This document shows positions 56,208 through 64,000 of a stretch of DNA of 64,000 bases, piece after piece (position 1 is the stretch's first letter; every line of letters starts with the position of its first letter). Source of the DNA: a virus. Position numbers and translations under genes: made by a program. The notes under the pieces were generated by a model. It did not search any database. It saw nothing but the letters and a program-made list of their open reading frames with translations, and had not been told where the DNA came from. The stretch spans positions 1 to 64,000 of IMG/VR virus record IMGVR_UViG_3300021138_000016, one strand, 5' to 3'.

Positions 56208-58232
56208 TTATTTATTTCTTGGGGGGTTTATTTCCATCATTATTTGCATCATTGTTCTAGTACTATTGTCTGTAAGATTTGTTTCTTGTATCTGCTTTAA
56301 TCCATACTCTAACATTACCTCTGACATTGTTATGTGGGATTCCTCTGTATTGCTCAAATCGAAATTCTTTTTATCTTCCAAACCTTCTTCAAAAGGGTAT
56401 TGTTCTAGTTGGTCTATGTCGTTGGGGGATTTTGGTATATCAAACCTAGTCACCAACATTTGCAATCCATTTTCAGTTGTCTTTGGGGTTGTCCACATTC
56501 CCCACTTCTTATCTGTTTCACTTTTCAATAAAAAGTTAGACATATTTTCTTCTTCAAATACTTCTTCTGTTGATTCTACCTGTCTTTCTGCCATTACGGG
56601 GTATCCCCAAAACTTACAAGCCTTAACGCACTCTTTATGTGCTATTTTAGGGTCACTTGGACGTTGTAAATATAAGGCACAATATTTATTTGCATTACCA
56701 CTACCAAAATAATCAAATTTTTGATACACGACTATTGATGCTTTAGATAGTTTTTTACTGATAGTGTTATCGGTCTTATATCTTATAGGGTCATATCCTA
56801 TACAACCTTCGGGGTTTATTGGGGGATAGTAAGTACCTTCACTACGTCTGAACCTATTTCTTGTATCAATGTTTTTTTCTGTATCAAAGTATGGCATAAC
56901 GGCAACTAACCAAGCCCCTTCATCGTTCTGTTCAAACCAAACCTTGCCTTGTTTATCTTCTACCAAATCCCCTTTAACATAAGGCTTTTGGTCTATTGGG
57001 AGTGCGTAAAGATGATTTAACCTTTCGTCAAAACGCATTACCGAGAAGTAGGTTTTGTCATTTGCCGACATTAACCCGTGTTCTTCTTTTAGTGGCATAC
57101 GCCTTAACTCAAATACATATTGCTTACTATCTTTTGCGTATTTGTTTGCTTGCGCCCATACATAAGCCTCACAAGCATCTTTGTTTACTTTGCCAAATCT
57201 GGTATAAACAGGGTCACGAACCTTATCGGGGATGTCGGCAGAGTGTATTGCACTAACGAACCATTTGTATAACCCACTTGTTGTACGGTTATTAGCATCC
57301 CTTACAAGGGGATTACTTTCCATATACATCTTACACCCTTCCTTTACGGCGTTTAATTGGTTGTCACTATCTCCCATTGTAGAAAGAACATCTATCTTAC
57401 CTTTTATGCCATATTCTACTACACACTTTTTATTAATGTCTAGTGTTTCCATTGTAGAGGCGGTTGTCCACTTAAAGGCTTCGTCCTGTACTATAAATCT
57501 CTTTTTTGTACCATCCATTGCTGATGCTACTGTTGGATAAGCCCTTGCAGTTCCCCCTAAGTAAGTATTGTTTTCATCACTATCCTCATCTTTAAGAACA
57601 TTGCAAGTTAATTCTATCCCGTTACGGGGTTTCTTTGATGCAGGGGTATAAATCTTTTCACGCATCCAAATAGGTCTTGCAAGATATGTTTCTATAAAAG
57701 GCAACATCAAAGTTTCCTTTACTTTTTTATCGGTATTACTTTGTAATCCAACGTGACTATTTTCATCTTCTAGTAGAGTATAAATACCTTCGCTTATTTC
57801 CTCTGACGACATACCACTACGCCTACACTTTAGAATACATTTCCCAAAACAATCTGCATCTTTTCTAACCAAGTCCCTAAAATAAAAGTCTAATCTTTGT
57901 TGGTCTAAGTAGTTGGGGTATCCGAAGTCAAACTTATTGAAAACAAGAAAGTCATAGTGCATCCCTGTAAGGTAAACCAATTCTCCTCCTATAAGTATCC
58001 AAACCCCTTCAAGCCATCTTTTTCTATGCAAGTCTATTATTTCAATCCTTTTCTTTTCTGTCAATCTTCTTACATCGGGTATGTCGGGGCGTGTCCAAAT
58101 TTGATTTTGTTTATTATAAACATCAAAGTTTATTATATCTTTTTCATCATTAGGTACAGACAAAGGGATTTCGTAGGTATATAACCCATCCATTAGTGAA
58201 ACCGTATTACTATTTGTTACTTTCTTTGACAC
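56208..58232 (-). CDS. terL: terminase large subunit
   Basis: YLTGMHY, Walker A KCRRSGMS, Walker B IVQDEAFK, nuclease CIGYDP. Confidence 0.9.
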   Translation of the reverse strand: MSKKVTNSNTVSLMDGLYTYEIPLSVPNDEKDIINFDVYNKQNQIWTRPDIPDVRRLTEKKRIEIIDLHRKRWLEGVWILIGGELVYLTGMHYDFLVFNKFDFGYPNYLDQQRLDFYFRDLVRKDADCFGKCILKCRRSGMSSEEISEGIYTLLEDENSHVGLQSNTDKKVKETLMLPFIETYLARPIWMREKIYTPASKKPRNGIELTCNVLKDEDSDENNTYLGGTARAYPTVASAMDGTKKRFIVQDEAFKWTTASTMETLDINKKCVVEYGIKGKIDVLSTMGDSDNQLNAVKEGCKMYMESNPLVRDANNRTTSGLYKWFVSAIHSADIPDKVRDPVYTRFGKVNKDACEAYVWAQANKYAKDSKQYVFELRRMPLKEEHGLMSANDKTYFSVMRFDERLNHLYALPIDQKPYVKGDLVEDKQGKVWFEQNDEGAWLVAVMPYFDTEKNIDTRNRFRRSEGTYYPPINPEGCIGYDPIRYKTDNTISKKLSKASIVVYQKFDYFGSGNANKYCALYLQRPSDPKIAHKECVKACKFWGYPVMAERQVESTEEVFEEENMSNFLLKSETDKKWGMWTTPKTTENGLQMLVTRFDIPKSPNDIDQLEQYPFEEGLEDKKNFDLSNTEESHITMSEVMLEYGLKQIQETNLTDNSTRTMMQIMMEINPPRNK

Positions 58233-58298
58233 GTTATAGATTAAAACTATTAAAAACCTTGTAAATATAGAAAATATCTATCAAGTGCTATTCTGTTT

Positions 58299-59096
58299 TT
58301 AGAATTTAACGATGTATTTTTCAAAAATCTCGTTTAAAACATCTTTCCCCAATGCTGTTATTTTTAATTTAGTCCCCATTAACTTTCCGCTTTTGCTTAT
58401 ATAACCTTTATTTTGAAGGGTGCTAAATGCCAATTTTATTTTAGTCTTACTGCTATTGAAAGAATATTTATACAAATCACGCCAAATTGTACTGCTTAAT
58501 ACCTCTTCCCCTGCATATAACCTAATCATTACTTGAAATTCGGGCATATTTAACTTAGTCCTTAAAGCAATAGTCTTTCTATTAGCTTCATAATTAACTA
58601 AGAACCTAGACATATAGTTTGAAGCTATCATCCATTGGTCTTTAGGTATAGATAGTTTGTTCTTTGATTTTATAAGGTAGTTGTATGTTGGGGAAAGATT
58701 AATTGTATTTATTTTGGAAAATGTATCAACCAATTCCTTGCATCCTAAAACAAAAATACCCTTACTGATAATATCATCTGAATCTTTTGATTTTAAGTTC
58801 TTTTCGTGCAATTCTTTGTACTTAAAAAACTCCTCAACAGACATCCCATTTACATCATCCTCAACTATTAGTATCCACTTCTTTCTTAAAGCCCTAATCA
58901 ATACAAACATCTTGGATAAGAAACTTAACTTACAACTAGACTTAGTATCAAATATGTGACCTTTCTTGAAAATTTTATACCCTATGTCTTTAGGTAATAA
59001 TTCTCTTTGAGCCTCTCCCATAAGTGATGCTTGGCTTTGAAAATAGTATTCAAAGTTTTCGTTCTGCAAATCAAATTTACTATTGCCTATATTCAT
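58299..59096 (-). CDS. winged-helix (MarR-like C-terminus) DNA-binding protein
   Basis: STLQNKGYISKS...LKITALGKDVL. Confidence 0.65.
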   Translation of the reverse strand: MNIGNSKFDLQNENFEYYFQSQASLMGEAQRELLPKDIGYKIFKKGHIFDTKSSCKLSFLSKMFVLIRALRKKWILIVEDDVNGMSVEEFFKYKELHEKNLKSKDSDDIISKGIFVLGCKELVDTFSKINTINLSPTYNYLIKSKNKLSIPKDQWMIASNYMSRFLVNYEANRKTIALRTKLNMPEFQVMIRLYAGEEVLSSTIWRDLYKYSFNSSKTKIKLAFSTLQNKGYISKSGKLMGTKLKITALGKDVLNEIFEKYIVKF

Positions 59097-59269
59097 TAGT
59101 TGTTAGGTTTAGTTTTCAATACTTCGTGGGGGTTGCTTGGGCAAGTACACATTTCCTTATAGAAAATAAGTTTGCCACACTCACAAGTCCTGCCATCAAA
59201 CTGTAAGTCGTTTGGTTGTGGTATAACCCCATCAACCTTATGTGCATCTTTACAAGGTTTGTTATCCAT
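59096..59269 (-). CDS. small Cys-rich protein (57 aa, not in ORF track)
   Basis: MDNKPCKDAH...CECGK...CTCP; overlaps both neighbours. Confidence 0.6.
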   Translation of the reverse strand: MDNKPCKDAHKVDGVIPQPNDLQFDGRTCECGKLIFYKEMCTCPSNPHEVLKTKPNN

Positions 59270-60248
59270 CGCTAAAAGTGTTTAGTTGGATTTCTTTGAA
59301 TTGAAACCCGTGATTAACAATAATTTTTTCTAATTGATTTATCCTATTACTCCAAGTGTGATTTGATAGAAATAATCTATTGGTGGCTTTTGCAGCCCCC
59401 TGTACAAAAAAGTCCCTATACAAAGCAGCGTGACATATTTCACCTAATTCTTTAAAGTTAGACCATTTGTAAATAAAATCTTCTGACAATCCTTTTATAT
59501 CTTGGTGAACCGTGAATATACCACAAGCCAATGCCCTAAAATCCCTATCACTACAATATCCTTCACGTTCAAAGTTGTTTTGGGTAAATGTTATCTTGGC
59601 TGAATTGTAACAAAGTATTTCTTCTTGTGGGTTTAGGAATCCACCTTTTTGCCCCAACCCATAAGCCTTAAACTTGTCTCCAAATTCTTTCTCCATATAC
59701 TCAATTACTTCTTGTCGTTCTTTTGACTTAGGGAAGTTTAAGTTTGAGTTTTGATAGTTACTACCTATGAATACTATTGGGGGAAAATCAAATATAGTGT
59801 TCTTGTTATTAAACTTTCGATACATTTTAGTATCACAACTTGGTTGCATATAATCAACGTTGTTAATCCCTTTTTCTTTTAGTTGTGCAACACTTTCTCT
59901 ATCACAAAAAAGAATAAGATTTAAGTGTGGGGCAAGTTCTTCTATGAAGTCAATATTGTCCCTTACATCTACTGTATAAAAAAAAGTAAATCCCAACTTA
60001 GACAACTCCGATGCAGTATAACTGTCTAAAGAACCTTCGTTTTGCATTTGAATAAATATCAAATCGGGTTCTTCCATTGCTGCTTTAGCAATAAGTCGTG
60101 GGGAAACCCCCTCTATCCCTGCGTTTAGCTTTACTTTCTGCCAATCAATTTCAGAAACTTCCCATCCATTGCTTTCAAATGCTTCGCTTATCCCCGTATT
60201 TGGATATGCGGCACTTGTTTGTCTGATGTGTAATACTTTCTTTATCAT
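59262..60248 (-). CDS. glycosyltransferase, CgeB/Glyco_trans_1_2-like
   Basis: EPDLIFI, IVFIGS, YNSAKI...YCSDRDFRALACG, HTWSNRI. Confidence 0.8.
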   Translation of the reverse strand: MIKKVLHIRQTSAAYPNTGISEAFESNGWEVSEIDWQKVKLNAGIEGVSPRLIAKAAMEEPDLIFIQMQNEGSLDSYTASELSKLGFTFFYTVDVRDNIDFIEELAPHLNLILFCDRESVAQLKEKGINNVDYMQPSCDTKMYRKFNNKNTIFDFPPIVFIGSNYQNSNLNFPKSKERQEVIEYMEKEFGDKFKAYGLGQKGGFLNPQEEILCYNSAKITFTQNNFEREGYCSDRDFRALACGIFTVHQDIKGLSEDFIYKWSNFKELGEICHAALYRDFFVQGAAKATNRLFLSNHTWSNRINQLEKIIVNHGFQFKEIQLNTFSDG

Positions 60249-60561
60249 TTGTCTTTTTTTATTGCTTTAATATGTTCCGTATAATAACTTAAAGAAAATA
60301 AAGAATGTTTTATTAATAACTTCTTACCTTCTTCCAAATATTTATCTAAGTCATTATGCCCCCACTCTTCTGGGTCAAAACTAATTCGGACTTCTTTTGT
60401 TGTTCTCTTACTTTCTTTATGTTTTATATAAAAAAATAAGCAATCTCTCTGCCGCCAGAACTAATAAAATCGTGAACCCAATCTTTGTAAAAAAAATCTG
60501 TACCCTCAAAAGATTGTTTTAAAATACTGTCTAAATAAAGTAATTCATTAATTTGTATCAT
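60245..60561 (-). pseudogene. 105-aa gene split by a -1 frameshift at a T7 run
   Basis: MIQINELL...IAYFF, then -1 frame YIKHKESK...IKKDK ending in an ATGA overlap with the next gene. Confidence 0.6.
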
Positions 60562-61226
60562 ATATTATTTGTTAATCGGTTAAAATTTTGTTCCATCATT
60601 ATTGAAAAATCAACAACTCCCAATTCTTTATTATAAATACTATCAAGACCTTTATGCTTTAATGGGTCGTAGTTGAATATGTCTGATTTAGTAGGTCTTT
60701 GTGTAAATATCATTGGGTTACTGCAATAACACTTGCCTAATGGCTGTATCTTTCTCATAATACTTACATCTATTGGTTGTGTTTCATCTTCCAAGAGGGG
60801 CAAGATTAGATTTATCGCTTCCTTCGAGTAAAATGTAGCGTGTAAAGCGTATGAAGCTGTTATTTTAAGTATGTTTTCAGATACTTTAGTAGGTGGAACT
60901 AATAAGTTTACCCCTAAGTGTAGGCAATGATAGTCTTTAGGGATTTGTTGCAAACATTCTGAAATAAACCCTTCTGTACCTTCTATAAATTTAGCATCAT
61001 CTTCAAATACAAGTATATTTTCATAATTCATTAGTTTGGCTATTGAAAAAAGGCTGTGCATTGTCTTAATTAAACCAACATAACCTTCTTTGTTTCTTAA
61101 AGCATCAAACTTAACCCATTCAATCCCCAATGAATCCAATTCCTTACCCAACACATCAAGTCTATCCGACTTTCTTTCGGGCAATGAAATAATAAAAACC
61201 TTATCTACAAAATCATTAATTAGCAT
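60558..61226 (-). CDS. glycosyltransferase family 25-like
   Basis: VFIISLPERKSDR, ILVFEDDA, LHLG, ALHATFYS. Confidence 0.8.
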   Translation of the reverse strand: MLINDFVDKVFIISLPERKSDRLDVLGKELDSLGIEWVKFDALRNKEGYVGLIKTMHSLFSIAKLMNYENILVFEDDAKFIEGTEGFISECLQQIPKDYHCLHLGVNLLVPPTKVSENILKITASYALHATFYSKEAINLILPLLEDETQPIDVSIMRKIQPLGKCYCSNPMIFTQRPTKSDIFNYDPLKHKGLDSIYNKELGVVDFSIMMEQNFNRLTNNI

Positions 61227-62763
61227 CTGTTATTATTTGATACTTGAAAGAAATAAACTTGTTGGTTATCGTTTTCTTGACCCCTTCGTAAGTAAAAAAT
61301 TCATTGAACATTGCTTTACAGTTTTCTTGCAATATCCATATTTGCTTTTCGGGATATGATTGCAATATAATATCAATGTCATTTATTTCTGCTTCACTAA
61401 TAACAATACCAAATCTTTCAAATTGTTCTTTTGTCAGTCCGTATGGATATAAATGCTTGTCAGAAATGTAAACAGGGATACTACCTTGCTCAACCGCTTC
61501 CATTATTCTAAAACTACTCAATCCAAACCCCCTAAAACATAAAGTAAAAACAGATTGTGCCATTATATCGCAATATTCTTGCATTGAATGATTATCTGTT
61601 GATATGTAGTAGTTGGGGTTGTTTCTTAAAGATTTAATACCTTCACTTCTTAGGGGGTTTGTTAATCTGCCAACAAAGTTCGCCAAGTACTTCTTATCTG
61701 TTTTTTTTGATTTGCCGTGTGGCTTACAGATAAGTGGCAGTATATAGTCACATTGCTCGTCACACATACCAAATACCTTTATGTCTAAGTTGCTTAAATC
61801 GTTGATAACCCCCAAATCAAATTGGCAAATAGTAAAATACTTCTTTGACTTGTCTAGCTTATCCAAATAGGATTGTAATTGCTTTATCGCTAGTGTATCG
61901 TTACCGAAATTGTGGTTTTTATAATAAGCAGTCCACATAATAGGTAGATACTCTCTGTCTTTCACTTCTCCTTTGTATGTTGATGCAAACCATTCCTCAA
62001 ATATTTGTTCGTTATCTGATGGATACTTGCTTGTTTCTTTAGGGGTAAATAATTTGGGGATGCCAAAATCGTTAAATTCTTCCAATAGCTTAGGTATATA
62101 CCTTTTTTCTGCGAATTTCAAGGCACTTTTAGCGGGTTCACGTCTAATATAGAACGCATCACCCCATCCTGCCCCTGTCATTGATAATTCTACCCTATCA
62201 AACCCATTTCTTTCCAAAAATTCGTCTATTTCGTGCAGTTTAGGCACTCCCTTGTAGACTTCTCCCGTGTTTACCTCACAATAAATGTACTTCATCTGCT
62301 TTAAAAAGTTACCAAGACCTTTTAAAGCCATCAATTCAGCACCCTGTATGTCTAAATTTAAGAAAAAATCAGAAACGTCCACTCTTTGTATTCTTAAAAA
62401 AGTGTCTAATCGCTTTGTAGTAAGTTGTATTTTACTTACAAATGATACTTCGGGGTGGTTTGTTGTGTGTGTACCAAAATCAAATATTGAACTGCTTTCC
62501 CCTTTGTTAGAAGAAACATTAAATTGCACTACTTCACCGTCTTTGTCGCCTACACATACATTGTACGCCTTGTGTGTGGGGTAATCTTTCAGTATTTCTT
62601 TTGCTGAATTAAATGTTTCGGGCAATGCATCTACCCAATAAACGTTTTCAAGACCATTACGTTTGTAATCCTCTCTTTCTTGGAAGTAATTAGCCCCAAC
62701 GTGAAGTACCCCGTTTGCTTTTATATTGTATTTGTTATTTAGAAAGTCTAGTTTAATCAGCAT
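61216..62763 (-). CDS. FkbM methyltransferase fused to exostosin (GT47)-like domain
   Basis: LHVGA...LDIQGAELMALKG..YCEV; C-terminal SVFTLCFRGFGLSSFRIMEAVEQGSIPVYISD. Confidence 0.85.
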   Translation of the reverse strand: MLIKLDFLNNKYNIKANGVLHVGANYFQEREDYKRNGLENVYWVDALPETFNSAKEILKDYPTHKAYNVCVGDKDGEVVQFNVSSNKGESSSIFDFGTHTTNHPEVSFVSKIQLTTKRLDTFLRIQRVDVSDFFLNLDIQGAELMALKGLGNFLKQMKYIYCEVNTGEVYKGVPKLHEIDEFLERNGFDRVELSMTGAGWGDAFYIRREPAKSALKFAEKRYIPKLLEEFNDFGIPKLFTPKETSKYPSDNEQIFEEWFASTYKGEVKDREYLPIMWTAYYKNHNFGNDTLAIKQLQSYLDKLDKSKKYFTICQFDLGVINDLSNLDIKVFGMCDEQCDYILPLICKPHGKSKKTDKKYLANFVGRLTNPLRSEGIKSLRNNPNYYISTDNHSMQEYCDIMAQSVFTLCFRGFGLSSFRIMEAVEQGSIPVYISDKHLYPYGLTKEQFERFGIVISEAEINDIDIILQSYPEKQIWILQENCKAMFNEFFTYEGVKKTITNKFISFKYQIITDAN

Positions 62764-62775
62764 TTTTTTTATTTT

Positions 62776-62976
62776 TTAATTATCAGATATTATTTCACAT
62801 TGGTCTAACCTAGCATATACATAATCCCCATGTCCATGTATTTCAATTATTAAAGGACTATCTAAAAATGACATATTATTATCCAAATCTTTTACTACTA
62901 TTGTGCCTTTAGGATATTTATAAATAGTCCCATAAACATCTTTTTCTATTTGTTCTTTCAAAACAAGATTTCTCAT
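62776..62976 (-). CDS. hypothetical protein
   Basis: ORF track; operon packing. Confidence 0.55.
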   Translation of the reverse strand: MRNLVLKEQIEKDVYGTIYKYPKGTIVVKDLDNNMSFLDSPLIIEIHGHGDYVYARLDQCEIISDN

Positions 62977-63594
62977 TTACTTTTTAGTTATAATTATTAG
63001 TTTTTCATCTGCCTCTATTGAAACAGACTTTATTAGGTTTTGGAATACTTTACTTTCCCCATCACTAAAGAACTTGTTTTGTATTTTACCTGTTTCCAAG
63101 TAGTTTTTAAACATCCATAGTGGGGTATCTTCAAATACATTTACTCCTTCGCCCCAATAAAATTCATCCTTGCAGCAATGGGTATCCTCTATAAAGTAAA
63201 CACCGCCACTATTTAAGTTATTTACAAATAAGTGTTTAAAGGTTATTATTTGGTGGGCAGAGTTATGTGACGCATCTTCTGAAATTAATTCAAATTTTTG
63301 ATGTATCCTAGATAAAGCATCTATATCTGTTTGGCTACATTGATAAGGGACAAAAAAGTGTTCCCTACACCATCTTTGGGTAGTGTGGTTGGGGTCTAAA
63401 AACAAATCAACACAATGAATATCAACCTTGCTTTGAAAGTAATCATTAAACATAAGCAATGATGCCCCTTTTGCAATACCAACTTCTAAATATGCTAATG
63501 TATTTTTAGGGATATATTTTTCGTAAAAAGGTAAATACCCGTGTTCTACTTTATCTGTTTTGTATCTTCTTCCAAGTGTTTCTAAATATGACAT
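62977..63594 (-). CDS. class I SAM methyltransferase (sugar O-methyltransferase-like)
   Basis: TDK..HGY...YLEVGI.KGASL...EDASH...GGVYFIED. Confidence 0.8.
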   Translation of the reverse strand: MSYLETLGRRYKTDKVEHGYLPFYEKYIPKNTLAYLEVGIAKGASLLMFNDYFQSKVDIHCVDLFLDPNHTTQRWCREHFFVPYQCSQTDIDALSRIHQKFELISEDASHNSAHQIITFKHLFVNNLNSGGVYFIEDTHCCKDEFYWGEGVNVFEDTPLWMFKNYLETGKIQNKFFSDGESKVFQNLIKSVSIEADEKLIIITKK

Positions 63595-63597
63595 TTA

Positions 63598-63999
63598 TTA
63601 GTATTTAATTTGATGAAAATAATCGGGTATTATTGTTTCAGTAGAAAGGTGCTTGTTATCTTCTCCAAACCAATTTTCTTTTGAAGGGGATATGCAAATT
63701 TTATTTTGTGAATCAGAAAGTATTGCAGCAATTAAACTAAATGTGCTATTGCTAATTATAAAATTTGCACAACCAAGCATTAATAAAAAATCTTCACTAT
63801 CGCTTTTACCTTCTGAAAATAATACGCTATCTGCATTTAAAATAGGGTCAAATAATTTATTAAACCCTATTAAATTATTTTTACACCAATCTATATCATC
63901 AGAAAAAACAATAAACATAGGTCTTAATGGCATTATACCATTAATAAAATGAGCGGATTCACATATATATTCATAAGTTACACAAGGATGCTTTGAAGA
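63598..63999 (-). CDS. alpha-1,2-fucosyltransferase (GT11)-like, 5'-truncated by window end
   Basis: FIVFSDDIDWCK, FIISNSTFS, P...WF; frame open to the window edge (SSKHPCVTYEY...). Confidence 0.8.
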   Translation of the reverse strand, partial: SSKHPCVTYEYICESAHFINGIMPLRPMFIVFSDDIDWCKNNLIGFNKLFDPILNADSVLFSEGKSDSEDFLLMLGCANFIISNSTFSLIAAILSDSQNKICISPSKENWFGEDNKHLSTETIIPDYFHQIKY

Positions 64000-64000
64000 C

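Noticed and set aside
1-64000. Stop-codon reassignment as in some crAss-like phages
   Set aside because: Long genes are intact in code 11; TAG ends MCP and portal, and TGA ends coupled genes normally

Overview
An AT-rich segment of a tailed phage genome infecting Bacteroidota, with a crAss-like/podovirus virion module. The host call rests on TAnnTTTG promoters, A-rich leaders without SD, and Q-rule signal peptides. Family calls come from motif recognition only; no database search was run. Layout: 1-12.6 kb accessory/early genes (partial beta-clamp, DnaA-domain-IV protein, Mesh1-like HD hydrolase, YopX, GIY-YIG, HTH regulators, many small ORFs, a secreted nuclease); 13-17.9 kb phosphoesterase, lysis cassette and an Acb2/Tad1-like protein; 17.9-22 kb fibre-like proteins with Sec signal peptides; 23-24.6 kb a PurD-like ATP-grasp plus HExxE pair; 24.7-58.2 kb ejection/cargo, tail, capsid, scaffold, portal, GroES-like and terminase genes; 59.3-64 kb a glycosyl/methyltransferase cluster. 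Best candidate for a new system: fibre-like proteins that appear to be exported via Sec and are dense in Bacteroidota O-glycosylation sequons, in a genome encoding its own glycan-building enzymes. Also notable: motif avoidance strong enough to nearly remove Pro-Gly and Gly-Pro from the proteome, two candidate structured RNAs, and a HAD-like domain in the 2973-aa cargo protein. No tRNA, CRISPR array, integrase, reverse transcriptase or stop-codon recoding was seen.
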